DNA of 64,000 nucleotides from Octopus sinensis (taxonomy: Eukaryota), in assembly GCF_006345805.1 (NCBI RefSeq), contig NC_043007.1:68262001-68326000 (forward strand), in the 5' to 3' direction. Within the stretch, counting starts at the first letter, position 1, and every line of letters starts with the position of its first letter. Below the pieces are notes generated by a model. That model was not told the DNA's origin. It did not search any database and saw only the letters and a list, made by a program, of their open reading frames with translations. This document shows positions 13,501 to 27,596 of the stretch, piece after piece. A program made the position numbers and the translations under genes.

Positions 13501-13530
13501 GTATATATTATATATATATATGTACATATG

Positions 13531-13587
<57 letters not shown>

Positions 13588-13599
13588 ATATATATATAT

Positions 13600-14900
13600 T
13601 AGATAACTATCTATTTATATTTAACATCTTTAAATTGTAAATTTTAATATTTATAAGTCTTTGGTGTAATAATATTTTTCTTATGTAAATATTGTTGTTT
13701 ATGTAATGATCTAATTATCGTAATTTTCTATATAATTATTAGATATTAAATTTAAGTTTATTCGTAAGATATTACTTAGCGATAGATATGTTGTTTGATA
13801 GCAAGATTACAAGTTGTCTAAAGTTAGATTTATATATATACATGTATTAATAGTATTAATTGTAGTTTTAAATTTATTTTAATCAAAATTAGATAAACTT
13901 AGATAAATTTAGATATATTTCGACCAAAGATTGGTCCAGGCCATGTCTAACTTAATAGCATAACTTAGTTATTGTCTTTTTAAATTGATATTTGCCATTG
14001 ATAAATACATTTATAGTATTTATAGTATTTATTCGATACTATATAACTACGAATTGATTATTTCTATAAGTATTTTAAATAAGATTTCCGAAAGTTCGTT
14101 TAAGTTTGTTTGTTTGTATTTTTGAATTTAGATATTTCATCCTTAAATATGAAATATTTATTAGGTCTTTATTATATGTGCATATATATTTATTTATAGA
14201 GATTATTTTAGATCTTAATTATAATATTCATATACATTTATATATATCCATTGTTAATTTTCTATATATAATAGTCATTTAAAAAAAAATATTTATGTAA
14301 TTAGATATAGACTATTACTGACATTAGATTATCGGTGGGTGGGTTTCTTACCTTAAAAATTAAAATTAATATTTAACATTATATTCGATTTTGATATAAT
14401 CATAATTATTAAGTTTTAAGTTTCTAGTTTGACAATAGAGTTTATTATAAGTAAAATTATTATATTATTTATATCTTAAAAATATTGTTTAAATATTTCT
14501 GATTGTTTTTAAAATATTTCAATTAACCTGAAGATTGACTATAACCATAACTCGAATTATTAACTGAATTTAAATTATTGTTATTCGAATTGGTACAGCC
14601 ATGAAATGATCGTAGTGTTTTACTCTTTATCTTTTATTAAACTTTTAATACTTTTTATATTTATATAAAAAAAATAAATAAATAAAAATAAATAAATAAA
14701 TAAATAAATTAATTAATTAATAAACAAAATAATATATAAATATAAAAATATACATACATATTATATATATTGTATATATATATTTAAAATTTATAAGCTT
14801 AAATTATTTTAATAATTTTTATATTTTTAATAACTTTTATATTTTTAAATTAATTTATGTATTGGCTTATGTTTTTCACTGTTTGATTTGCCTAATAGTG
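13600..14900. mobile_element. Very AT-rich PLE terminal-region relic between TA arrays
   Basis: Contains the HHR motif at 14523-14620 and is bounded by (TA)n on both sides. No intact ORF. Confidence 0.4.
14523..14620 (+). ncRNA. Type I hammerhead-like motif with long stem II
   Basis: AAC-CTGAAGA(14528-34)-TTGACTATAACCA...TGGTACAGCCAT-GAAA(14603-06)-TGATCG-TA-GTGTT. Near-palindromic GATC in stem III; stem I is eroded. Confidence 0.6.
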
Positions 14901-14940
14901 GTTTTATCTCTAATTTAATATAATATAATATAATATATTA

Positions 14941-14980
<40 letters not shown>

Positions 14981-15654
14981 TATATATAATATATATATAT
15001 ATACATATATATACATATATATACACATATATATAAGGAAAGTAAAACAAGGTAGAAAATGCTAAAATAATTTTATCATGAAGAATATTTTAGTACCAGT
15101 TTCAGTCGTTGCAATTTTTTGAACTTAGAGTAAAGTATGAAAAACAATTAAATGTGAAAAAATTAAATGAAATGTTTTTTTAATATTATATTTCCACTAA
15201 TTAATATAGGCTTTCAACATGCTCTACAACTCAACATCCATGAACTCAGACAGCCCATACTAAAGAAGCCCTATCATACATCTCCATACATAGCCCCCCC
15301 ACCCCTTAACAATGAAGCCTTCGATACCATCCTCCAGAAAATTCCTTTACTAAAAAGGAACCATAGAATGAATTTAGCCCTCCAAAAATTTGCCAGCGTT
15401 GTGCCAAATTTTGAAGAAATTATTATTTCCGTTCTTGTTGTTAACATCATTATCACGTTCTAAGTTCAAAATCTTCGGAGATCAGTTTTACTTTTTATCA
15501 TTTCGATAAAATAAAGTAGCAGTCTAATACTGTGATCGGTATAATAGATCAATCCCAACTGCTGAATATTGCCAGCATTGTGCTAAAAAATTAGAAACTA
15601 TTGTTGTTGTTTTTTTATAATTATTTCTAATTTTTTAATAATTATTGTTATTAT

Positions 15655-15745
15655 TCTTAAAATTTCGCCGAGGTTGACATTGCTTTTTATCTTTTCGGGG
15701 TCGATAAGTTAAGTACCAGTGAAATACTGGAATCGATGTAATCGA
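15655..15745 (+). mobile_element. SINE family A internal fragment (a second degenerate piece lies at ~15440-15600)
   Basis: CGCCGAGGTTGACATTGCTTTTTATCTTTTCGGGGTCGATAAGTTAAGTACCAGT. Confidence 0.75.
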
Positions 15746-15747
15746 AA

Positions 15748-15792
15748 ATCATCATCAATATCATCATTGTCATTATTATTATTATCATAATC

Positions 15793-15872
<80 letters not shown>

Positions 15873-15917
15873 AATAAAGAAATTATTATTATTATTATCA
15901 TCATCATCATCATCATT
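15748..15917. repeat. Compound trinucleotide microsatellite (CAT/TTA/TTG)
   Basis: Direct reading of the sequence. Confidence 0.95.
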
Positions 15918-17959
15918 GTGCTTCTGTTTTCTTCGAATCCCTCTGAAGAACACTTTTCATTTTTTTCCACAATCATTGAATCAAATATCCGCTGTCTTCA
16001 TATGCCGGGGTCAATATAATCGATTATAGCCTTCTACGAAAAGGAATGGTCACAGTTGGAACACCTTTAATGATAAATCTGATCAATTTATGGTCGACTG
16101 GTGTGAAAAAAGCATAACTTTCTTTTAACCTTTTATCTTATTCCTTCGAGTTTCTGTCTTAACACTAATCATTTATCGTTGGATTTTGCCTCTTCTTTTT
16201 TCTCAAGATGTTTATACAAAAAAAAATCAAAGAAACAAAATTACATACAAAATAATGAAGCAATAACATTGGTATGCAACATAACCTTTGAAAGTCATGA
16301 GTGAAAAGCTGCAACCATGTTGTTTTCTGTCTCACGAAAGCTTGTGCAAGCGAAAAAGACCACCTTCGTTTGCCAACGCTTTTTATGTCAATGAATGAAA
16401 TAAGGTAGCCAAGTTTCATAATTTTTCTATTAAGTAACTGTTGTCATACGTATTTTTTTATTTTCCATTTTTCTTTCGTATTTATGAAAGATTTTGCTTC
16501 CAATGAAATGCACTTAGTCAATCTGTTGCTCCTTCCTCCATCGCTATATTCTGCTTTTTTCTCCTTCTACAAGCTATTTCTTTCCTCCAGTTGTTTTTAT
16601 TTCTCTCCGCAACAGTTATTTATTAAATAGTTACTTTTATGTGGCCAACAAGTAATTTTCTTAGCTTCTATGATTAAATTATGAAAGCAGGAGAACGACA
16701 GATTTACTGGAGTGCCAAGCAAACTGTATTTCGTCGTGAGCCGTTACGTTCTGCTTTCAAATTCCTCGTTGCTAAGTTTACATTTTATCATTCCGGTAGC
16801 TATAATATAAATACAAGCCAATTAGTAGTATCAACATAATTAGAAATACTCATTCCTCAAAATCGAAACATTTTATCTCTGTAAAAAGTTTTTAGACATG
16901 CTTCTAATGAGGGCCATGGAGATAATTACTTCGAGCCAATAATACTGCGTCATGTGACATGCCAAAACCATTTGGCGGATGCCTCTCAAATTACACAGGT
17001 AACCAGCCAAATATGTCATATTCAGTTTGCTCAACTAGGGTTCCAAAATTAATAGAGTTGATATAATTAAATTGACTCCACAACATAAATTATGTAACGT
17101 TGTAATCATGTTACAGATATTGTTACAAGTCTTGCTATTAGAGTGGTTTCCTGTTTTCAACATACCTCCATTCGTTTCTTAAAATCATTCATAATCATGA
17201 CGGGATAGGTTGAAGCAGAAGTTAATCCATTTTATCTTCACATTGATAAAATTCGACTTCACATTATGTGTCTAAGTGATAAACTAATTCTGCTTGATAG
17301 TCTAGATAACTAGCAAATCTTCCTGCAATGTGATAGTCATTTCTCACTCAACTTAATTGTCTCTGTAATAACCGAGGTGACTTCATTGTCTAAGCAATTA
17401 TCATATCTTCACATCAAATGCAGTGGATAAAAGCACAGGTAATATCAAAAACAGGACTGCCTGATGGACGTTTTATTTCTTCAACTCGACGGATACAAAT
17501 CATGACACACTTAAAATTTTACTGATTGCTAAAATTTTACTCATCATTCAGTAAGTAACTTTGGAAGTATAAAGTATAGTTTTGCCACTATGGATGATAT
17601 TAGGAAATATGACAAACGTATATTAGTCATATTTTTAATTTTAGCAAAGTTTTTGATGCTTATACAAAATGTTGAACTGAAAATTTTTCAAGAGAAAATA
17701 TTTCATAAACCAAATGAATGAAATAAGTTGCCCTTGTATTACTCTTCCCGTAACTACTCGGTTATTGCTCTCTCTCTTCCTCTCTCATTGTGTATGTGTG
17801 GCGTGTGCATGCGTGCATGTGTGTGTACCTTTCACTTATTTATTGCCTCTCACCAAGCTTAGTATGAGCACTCACCCTGTTAAATATCTTTGTTTTTATC
17901 ATATAATGTCTTCCTCTTCTTCTCACTGTATATGAAGTAAAGTCGTGCCGGGGACTTTA

Positions 17960-18075
17960 ACCAACTAAACAACAAGCCAGCCAGCCAACCACCCAAGCAA
18001 CCAAGCAAGCAACCAACCAGCCAGCCAGCCAACCATCCAACCAACCAACCAGCCAACCAACCAATAACCACCCAA
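17960..18075. repeat. (CCAA/CCAG)n tetranucleotide repeat
   Basis: Direct reading; explains the GWLA-repeat ORF. Confidence 0.9.
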
Positions 18076-18735
18076 CGAAAGGCCTAGTAGCATTTTTTCC
18101 GACTGACTACGTTCTGAGATTAAGTTTCACCAAGCTCCTCTTTGCGTGTCATCCTTTCGCATTCGATAAATCAATTATCAAGTAAGTACAAAGAATGATG
18201 TTATTGACTAAACCCCTCAAAAGTACTACTTTGGTGCCAAATATATTGTTGTTGATGTTGTTTTAGTTGTTATTTATCACGAAAACTGTACGTAATTCGG
18301 AATTTCCGTCAGTTTACACATTATTTTTCTTGTTAGTATGTTTTTGTGAATAGTATTGTTCTACGTTTTCTTTTAGCTGACCAGAGCTATAAGGCCTTTA
18401 TTAGATGATTTTGTTGCTTGCCTTGGGGGTTATATTTTAAAAGACAAAAATGTCTTCTTTCGAAACATAAAAAGCAATATCAAAATGGCGTTGTTTTCAT
18501 CACCGAACCAAGAAGAAAGGAAGACGGTAGATATTTTGATAAATTGCTCCTTCGCACTCAGCTTCTCCTATAAAACTTTTCAGACAATGTTTCATACATA
18601 ATTTAAAATGGTAACTGCAGTAACAATAGAAACAACAGTAGCAACAACAACAAGAGCAGTAGCAACAGCAGCAGCAACAGCAGCAGCAGTAACAACGAAA
18701 GCCTCAACAACAACTACAAGAACAAAAGTAGCGAC

Positions 18736-18784
<49 letters not shown>

Positions 18785-18926
18785 ATGAGAAAACAACAAA
18801 AGCAGCGACAGCAGTAGCAAAACAACAACAACAAAAATGGGACCGTATAACAAATAAACACAAACCTATTTATCCATTCAATACATCGACAAGTTATACA
18901 TCTACTGCCACCAACATCATTAACAC

Positions 18927-18980
<54 letters not shown>

Positions 18981-18999
18981 CACACACACACTCATACAA

Positions 19000-20900
19000 A
19001 ATGAAAGCAAAACTTGCAAATCAAGTGTTGGCGTATTCGATGGCGTGAAACGCCAAATAATGGAAACAATTTTTATCAATTTGAATGATTTTAAAAACTG
19101 CAGAAATACCCTCATGAAATGAGGCAGAAATGTGGAACTCAAAACCACAGAATACATCCAGTAACAAACCAGCCTTAGAACAGTCGTATCTAAAACTATA
19201 GTCACAAAAAGTAGCAAAATAGAACGTGTTGCACACCAGCAGACTGAAAAATGCTTCATATCAATCGGAGGAAGCAAAACATAAGGCATTAGAAAAAGAT
19301 TCAACTCAGTTGAGTTGAGACACCCCACAGAGGAAGCACAGAGGAAAGTGTGACGAACTGGTTCTCATCCTAACCTACATTGGTCGCAGAATAGTCAAAA
19401 TAAAGTTTGTTAACATGCCGCCAGAAATATACATCAGCTGGTTGGTAGTAGCTTTCTTCTTCGATATAGAAAATAAAAACCATGATTCTGGAGATACAGA
19501 GACTGCAAAAACAGAATGTTCGGGCAAAAGGATGGAGCTATGGATCCACAGTGATCACTAAGGGATCATGTTCGACATGATTCATCTGCCATACGTCACA
19601 AAACTATACGATGCCACTGAGTGTCGAAGGGTGAGTTGTCACTTATGTGGTGGCATAAATCCCCTCAAAGCTTTCACTCCATAGTAATGGAAAGAAGGAA
19701 GACCACCACTTATGCCAATACCATCAACACGCACAGCAAAAACAGCAGCAGCGTCAATAGCGGCAGATGGCCACAACAACATCTACCGCAGCAACAGCAG
19801 CAACAACAACTAAAACAACAGAAAAGAAACCAACATCAAGGACAGCAATACCGCAGACCCCAGTGGCAACAACAACAGCAATAGAAAAATTACAAAATAG
19901 CAGTAATAAAACAACACCACCAACCTTCCCAAAGCATGCCCTTCTCCGATTGCCACTACACAAGGCTATAAAGTAATGAACGCGAAGAGGAGAACCCCAA
20001 GTGACAAATGGTAACAAAAGTAAAGAAAAAATGAAACAAAAGTACGCTAATCCAAAAAAAAACTGAGAGATACGTTGCCTTCAAGCAACGACTCACCAAC
20101 ACCAGCTCCCAAACAGTTATACCAGCGCTATCAAAACCATCATTCGCACAACTATCAGTACTGCTATCACTGGCACCATCATCACAAGCACAATCAGAAA
20201 CAAATAGATAGAAGAATACCTCTAACACAGACACTAACAATCAGGACACATGCCTCGACACACACTAAAGAAAGGAGAGAAGAAATCATGTACTGCGCAG
20301 CCATAAATACAAACAATAAAGAACTAATCAACCATATTCAGTAAAATCCAAACATCACAGACAATAACTACATTAAGCAATAGAATTCCGTTCACATAAA
20401 TTTTTTTTCAAATATAAAAGGACTATATAAGGAACTGCTTGTGAAAATATTCACACCTTGCCTGAAGGAGGAACTATGTTTAGGAATATAAAGTGACCTT
20501 TTTTCTCATCTCTTGTCAAACACGGCTGTACTCAGACAGGGGAATGCTTACTTAGCGAAAGAGGGTGTGTAGTAGACCAGATTGAAAAGACTATTTGACC
20601 AAACCGTCAACTTTTACGAGTTCCACTTGGAAAGGAAAGTGAGATTGAAGAGAGAACTGCTGCCCTAACGCAAATTTGTCGAATTTGGATCAGATTAACA
20701 AAAATGGTCCAAGCGAACAGATCTACTCTCAGCATGCGTGTATAGGTTGAATGAGGAGAATAAAAAGTGGGCACTTGCCCCTGCAATCAGAGTGACTGGT
20801 TCTTTGGGGCTTCTACGATCAGCCCATTGAAGTCTTACCCTTTTAGGATAATTTTCTTGTTCGAGTTTTTGTTTCGTTTTTCTTTTGTTATTTCATTCTT
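19000..20900 (+). mobile_element. L1/Tx1-like LINE relic: decayed ORF1, low-complexity linker and ORF2 3' end
   Basis: ~19363-19455 reads LILTYIGRRIVKIKFVNMPPEIYISWLVVAF. ~19620-19660 reads ECRRVSCHLCGG (zinc-knuckle-like). ~20550-20690 resembles AKE.V..TRLK.L..FHLERKVRLKRELL, followed by a T-rich 3' end. Many stops; family assignment is from recall. Confidence 0.45.
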
Positions 20901-21809
20901 TACATGCCTTCATGTAACCCATTATCATATCATATTGCACTGTATCAGCCAGTAGTGTTTTTACTCTTTCTATAACCCCTTTAGTAGTTGATAAAGAAAT
21001 CATTATTATTATCCTGAATAAATAGGGATTAAAAACAAAAACTAAAGAAAAGATCATCACTAACATCACCATCATCATCATTATCACCATCTTCATCCTC
21101 ATTATAAGATTGCGTCGTGATAAGATATGCCGCTCAAAGCTTTTGTTTCTGGTTTATTCTTTCGTGATTATTATTTTCTCTTTCAAAATTGATTGACCTT
21201 TTCTTTGTGGCAGGTTGCTCGATTTTATTGAAAGAAAGGTAAGTAGTTGTCGCTCGTTAATTTTTTGCCCATTTCGTCGAAAAATATAATTACTTACTAT
21301 TTGTTAATTTTTTCCCTATTAATATTCAACGGCGAGAAATGCCACGTTCATGTTAAATGTTTTGACAGATACAAAGAAAAATATGACACGCACAAAAAAG
21401 AACCCCCCCTCCACACACAAATAAAGCAAACACACCCAAAACAGTAAAAGCGTTGTGAAACAAAACGCTATTATTTTGAAACGAAAAGAAATATAATGCT
21501 GTAATTGTGCTTTTAGAACTCAATGAGCCCATTTTAAAGACTCAACAACTATAAAGACAGTCACATCATAGCACACATGGTTTTGCAAATGTCTGGTCTA
21601 AGCAGAAAAAAAGCATTGTTTGGAGAAGAGTCATAGGGTATGGAACTGGACAAAGAGAATGTTATAGCTCTGTCTTACGAAAGTGGGGAACGTTTTGTAT
21701 GCCCTCTAAATATGAGGCCTTGTCTGATGTAGGGTTAATAACTTGCTCAGCAATATAATGTTGATGATGATTCCTTGTTAATCTTTTTTCTTTGATGACC
21801 ATAGTAATA

Positions 21810-21960
21810 ATGGTTCCAAATATTGGCACAACGCCTGAAATTTCGAGGAAGGTGTGTTAGTTGATACCGATCCCAGTACTTGGCGAGTACTTCATTATAT
21901 CGACCCCGAAAAGATGAAAGACAAACTTGACATCAGCGTGATTTGAACTTAGGACAGAAA
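21810..21960 (-). mobile_element. SINE family A, degenerate
   Basis: TCGACCCCGAAAAGATGAAAGACAAACTTGAC..ATTTGAACT. Further degenerate copies at ~22220-22410, 22655-22858, 28835-29030 and 50095-50290 (minus) and ~16690-16860, 18085-18245 and 60440-60650 (plus). Confidence 0.7.
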
Positions 21961-22868
21961 GAGTTTCATTTCTTTCAACAGTTTTATTTTCTGTAACGAA
22001 GCAAATATCATATGTTCCGGCATACGAGTCGACGTAGCACGTGGTATAAACATGTAGCGTAAAACATTCAAACATCTTCGCTATCTTCTAAATCTTACTG
22101 CATTTTACATTGATCTTTTGGGGTCCTATGAAATCGTCTTGGAGTATAAGTCGAACTACCTTCCGTTTGGCTATAAACTCTGGTCTGGAAATTCAACTTG
22201 TATGCCGATAAAATACGGTAACGGTTTCTAATTTAAGCAAAATCCTGAAGTTTTATGGGTAAGGGGAGTGTCAATCGTAACCGTCGACCCCAGTACGTGA
22301 TTGGTCCTTTATTATATTGACATAGTTTAAAAGTTAAAGTTGATCTCGGCGGGATTCGGAATAGTTTTTCCTCTTAGACGTTTTAACGATTCTGCTATTT
22401 CACTTCCTTATGAAGTGACAAATAATGTAAACGCCTTAGAATTCTGTCAGCGAGTAGGGCGCAGAACATCCACGAAAATATTTTACAGTTCGTAGCTGAC
22501 GGTTACAAAATCATCGGAAATAAATACAATGAATTTCGTATGTTTTCAAAATGGGTAAAATGACAGTCCGTGGTGTGACTGTTTCACTTTTAATACACAC
22601 TCTTTGACCAAGTCCCCTCAACAAACTTATAAACGTCAGCTACGAATAATAAATTCTTCCTACAGGACTGGAATTTTGTGGGAAGGGGTTAGTCAAGTAC
22701 ATCGACCTCAGTGCTCAACTAATACTTTATTCTACCTATGATCAAAGGGATGGAGAAAAATCGAACTCGGCGGATTTTGAACACAGAACGTAAAGTTAAG
22801 AAATAGTGCTTAGCACTTTTCCTCAGCATGTCAACGATACTGCCAGCTCTCCGACTTACGACTACCGA

Positions 22869-22870
<2 letters not shown>

Positions 22871-22939
<69 letters not shown>

Positions 22940-22964
22940 GTTGTTATTATTATTGTTATTGTTA

Positions 22965-22995
<31 letters not shown>
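22871..22995. repeat. (CTA)n(TTA/TTG)n microsatellite
   Basis: Direct reading of the sequence. Confidence 0.95.
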
Positions 22996-22996
<1 letters not shown>

Positions 22997-24165
22997 TATC
23001 ATAGTTGTAGTGGTGATACTGTAGCTTAGTCCTCATTGATGACGTGTATGTTGTTGTTAGTGTTTTAACATTCGTCAAAATTTTCTTCAAATTCCTATTT
23101 ATAGATAGGGTAGAGTAGTTAATACTTTTTTATTTTAAAGCTACTTACACGTTACCGGAAGTTGATATGAATATCTCTTGGCAAAAATATATTATATCGA
23201 TGAGTTCGTGATATTGAGGAATGGTTTTTATATAGATTTTACTAGCTTCAGAGAGAGGGAAAGAGAGAGAGAGAGAGAGAGAGAAGAGAGAGAAGAGAGA
23301 GAGAGGGAGATAAGGACAGAGAGAGAAATGGAGAGAGGAGTGAAGATAGAGAAATGATCTCAAATGAAAATAGACAAATTCACAATCATACACACACACA
23401 CACACACACACACCACACATGCGCGCACATATGCACACACGCGCACATACATCACATACACACACATCACACTCATACGCACGTACACTACACACACACG
23501 CAAACGCAGATATACAGGCAAACACATGGTAAAACAGAAATGTACAGGTATATATATATATATATATGTGTGTGTGCGTGTATGTGTGTGTGTGCATACG
23601 TGAGCGAGTGTGTGTGTGTGTGCACGTACGTGTGTGTGTGCATGCATATAAATATATATATCAACACGTACAAACACACACTCACGCACACACACGCACA
23701 TGTGCGCGTACACACACGTATATAAGAATGTAAGTATCTACAGATGTGTATGTGTGTGTGTGTGTGTGTGGGTGTGTATACGTAAGTACACACGTAAGTA
23801 GGATTGGTAAAATAAACAGGAGAAACAGAACTCTTTACATGAGTTCATATATACATATGCACGCGCATACATACGTATGATCGTGAGTTTGCGCGTGTGA
23901 ACGCGTGTGTATGTAAATGCAATTTTTAAAAATTTGAATCAGTGGAAAGTTTACAAAAGAGATTCAAGGGCTGCAAGTTTCGTACATGTCACTTATCAAC
24001 CACACACGCATACATATACATAACACAAACACACAAACTAAAATATTTACGTGTAAGTATCAACCTACATACATATGCAATAAACCCTTGGAGGTAAAAT
24101 GATAAATTTGGAATGAAAATGGATATTTTAAAGTGCAATCCAGTTGTTTGATAATTGTTTCACAG

Positions 24166-24211
<46 letters not shown>

Positions 24212-24219
24212 TGATGATG

Positions 24220-24281
<62 letters not shown>

Positions 24282-24288
24282 AATAATG

Positions 24289-24340
<52 letters not shown>

Positions 24341-24370
24341 TAATAATAATAATAATAAGAAGAAGAAGAA
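24166..24370. repeat. Compound (AAT)n(GAT)n(AAT)n(AAG)n microsatellite
   Basis: Direct reading of the sequence. Confidence 0.95.
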
Positions 24371-25379
24371 CCCAAAACTAACAAATCTTACTTTCAGTTG
24401 TTGAAAATCATTTGTGCGAATCGTTCTGTGTTTGTAGTGACTGAGAAGGAGGTAGCTTTCTCCAAGCCAAGATACCGTCGCGGGTTCAATTACTAACTTT
24501 ACTCTCACTTGTATAATAAATTTTGATGCAAGCCTCGATTAATTGTACACTTAATACATGATTAACTTCTTCCAGCTTCCGTCCACGAAATCCACTCACA
24601 ATATATTTAGAAATATTTCTCGCGGCCCCAGCAGACAAAATGTAAAAGGCGTTGTACGCTTTGTACAATAAATTTTGGATGTAAGCCTCTATTAAACCAA
24701 ATTATGATTATTATACTTCAGGCTAGCCCTGACTGAGCAGACCAATGCTCAAAGGCATTCCTGTGGTAATCGGACCGTCTATATTTTCGAATGTCTATCG
24801 AGGATAACCTGATTTAATGAGCTGTCTCATTTGTTTGAAGATTTCAACCTCAGAATGGCGTCATCGTTGACGCGATCAATCTGAGTTTGCGTTACATGTA
24901 CGCCCGCTCACGCACACACACGCACACACACGTACGCATGCACACACATACAAAGACAAAGGCACACACACACTCGAACACACGTGCGCACATACACACA
25001 TAAATTTATTTCGTAGCGTAGTTTATGAATTATAGCGTCGTTTATTTCCGGTATCCAATGGCACATTCAATACCTCAATCTTACATTTTGAAAGTTCATC
25101 ATTTTTAATCTGAAATATTTGTTTTCTTTATTAATTATGCGATAGAAACTTGTTGGTTCTCTAAAAATACAGATAACACACATAGTGTCGCAATATCATA
25201 GCAACTAAGTTCAGTTTATATGGTGAACAACTCGCATTAATACACACATGTCATAAGGCCAGCAGCATCCTTTCTGCAAACATCATCATCTGTTCCACAC
25301 ACCTAGTTATCGCAACAACATGCCAAACAACTTCCAACTTTTCTCTAACCATTTGTCCATTATCCTTAAAATATAAGCA

Positions 25380-25434
<55 letters not shown>

Positions 25435-25969
25435 ACACATACACACACACACATACACACACATGCATATGCATAACACACACACACACACACACTCAAT
25501 TACACCAATGTACATTGGAAAATTCTTTACAAACTTCAAATCACTGGAGGGACCATTTCACCAAGAAACATAATCAAGTTTCATATAATTCAACAACAAT
25601 AGCATCATCATCATCAACAACAATAACGACAACAGCAACGAAATCATCGATTTACACATTATAATTCACTCAACGGAATAAGTATGACGCTTCCTATGTC
25701 ATAATCCACAAGGCGTTACACACGAATTACACATCAGAAATGTAAACACAATGCAGCTATATCATATACTAACACTGAAATCATGATTCAAATAGAAATA
25801 GTTAAACTTTCCACAGTCACATGTATTGACTACTTCATTGTATAATGGTCATCTTAGTTATTCAACGAAGGACCTCACACAAGCACACACACATACACCA
25901 CACCCACACACACATATACAGGCACACAAGCACACACACACTCACATACAGACGCACACAAATGTATAT

Positions 25970-26007
<38 letters not shown>

Positions 26008-26088
26008 CACGCGCGCACATATAATATATATTCTCGAATTTGATGGACATATAGCGGGTACGTAAACCGACTCAAGAAATCTCTAGTG

Positions 26089-26156
26089 AGACTTTTTATT
26101 GGTATACATGAAGAGACCCAGAAGGGGTCGAAGTATGTGTTGAACCAATAAAGTCT
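26089..26156 (+). ncRNA. Degenerate hammerhead-like motif with extended stem I
   Basis: AGACTTTTTATTGGT-ATAC-ATGAAGA-GACCC-AGAAG-GGGTC-GAAG-TATGT-GTTGA-ACCAATAAAGTCT. Two core substitutions. A second eroded motif ending GAAACTGTGTC follows at ~26213-26265. Confidence 0.5.
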
Positions 26157-26289
26157 ATTACACAGTCCACCTCTTATTTTATTAATACAGAAACTTCAAA
26201 CGCAACTACGACGTTCCTGCAGTAAATCTAAGTATAACAACAGGTAATCGAAACTGTGTCGGGGCTTTACTCAATCTCAATTTATACAT

Positions 26290-26467
26290 TTTGTACAATT
26301 TCTCCATTAAACGTTTAGTAGATGAAATCTTAGCGACTGAAGAAGGGGATTTTTCGTTGTGCTTATTGTCCTGTATCTCTCCCTTTTTTTTTTTGCTTGT
26401 CTTGTTCCTTGGTTTGTGTCTATGTGTTTCGTCTCTCTATGTGTTCGACGTCTTTTTGGTGTCCTGT
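26290..26467 (+). mobile_element. Non-coding PLE pLTR-type element (CAGGAC-end family)
   Basis: CTGAAGAAGGGG...GTCCTG, the reverse orientation of the blocks in 7720-8105 and 35590-36200. Confidence 0.45.
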
Positions 26468-26604
26468 ACACATATATGCGTGTATATGTACATGTAGAGG
26501 TAGGTACGTACATATATGTTTATATATATGCATATATTCTATTTTATTAACATATATATATATATATATATATACGCCTGTGTGTGAATGTATATATATA
26601 TATA

Positions 26605-26800
26605 GTTAATCCAAAAATGAAAACACAACAACGCGAGGACGTGGAACAAGTATAATATTATTGGACGCTCAGGAAAGAAGGAAAGGCGGGTTAAACGTTT
26701 CGAGCGGAGCTCTTCGTCAGAAACATAGGAAAAGGAAAGATCCAAAGAAAGGAAGACGGAGGGAAAAAATCACCAACGGTACACACGCGGTCACATTTTG
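26605..26800 (-). mobile_element. ~200 bp PLE pLTR-type element with minimal HHR-like motif
   Basis: Reverse-complement copy of 58072-58278. Motif rc GTTT-CTGACGA-AGAGC-TCC-GCTC-GAAA-CGTTT-AAC at 26690-26724. Confidence 0.75.
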
Positions 26801-27540
26801 AATGACACACACATTCACACACAGGCATATAAATAACAAATTAGAAAAAGAGTAATCAACACTAAATTTGGGATGAATACTTTCTCTTAATATTTAAATG
26901 CTCTTAGTGCGACACCTATGGTTTCGTGTAAATGAAATTCAAACGAAGTTTGAATATTACTGATATTTAGCTCTTTTTGAGGTTGAATACAAATTAGATG
27001 TCAAACGAGATTTCTTATGGTAAGAAAGGTCACAAAGGCAAAAGTGACTGATGGTTAAATCTAAGTATTCACCCAAAAAACATAGCATTGGTTATTTCCC
27101 TCACGTTGGCATTTTGACAACATCAATATGCTGTATATTTGCACATACACACACCATATAAAATATATAAAATATTAGATGTTATTTAATTTTTACAGTT
27201 TTTAATTTGTATACCACTTGAATACGTATACATACACATATAGATAGGGTACTTAATGTGGATAGCTGGGCGCAATATAAATCGTACAGGTAAAATTTGG
27301 TCGTCACTGATTGTGACTATGTGCTGGAAGAAGATATATTGCTAGAACTAAGAGTTAAACCACTTATAGCTGCGTAATATCGCATTTATATATATTCTGA
27401 CGGAGTAGATAACTGCCCCATGAGCAAAGCAAAGCTAGAACACTGGGCTGAACAGGTTCATCCTGATGGTATTTGTCAGTAGTGTGCCTAAACTCAGCTC
27501 CACATTACTTAAAGTTTCGTGGCGCGTGGAACGTACTCAC

Positions 27541-27596
27541 CTAGTCAAGAGTTCGAAGACTTGGAAGAAACTTTAGTAATGTGGTGCTGTGTCAAG
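27541..27596 (-). other. Candidate 56 bp exon (probably non-coding) of a minus-strand transcript
   Basis: Acceptor TTTCGTATTTTATTTCAG| and donor CTAG|GTGAGT, both near consensus, in non-repeat sequence. Stops in all three frames. Confidence 0.35.

Noticed and set aside
19621-20344. Q/T-rich ORFs as a mucin-like or polyQ host protein
   Set aside because: Low-complexity CAA/CAG-rich tract within a LINE relic, interrupted by stops, with no splice context.
24392-24689. Possible minus-strand exon ending at a GTAAGA donor
   Set aside because: Acceptor is only moderate and there is no convincing reading frame; such sites are frequent by chance in AT-rich DNA.
24509-24695. CRISPR-like repeat-spacer-repeat
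   Set aside because: Only two degenerate units, spacer too long, eukaryotic context, no cas genes.
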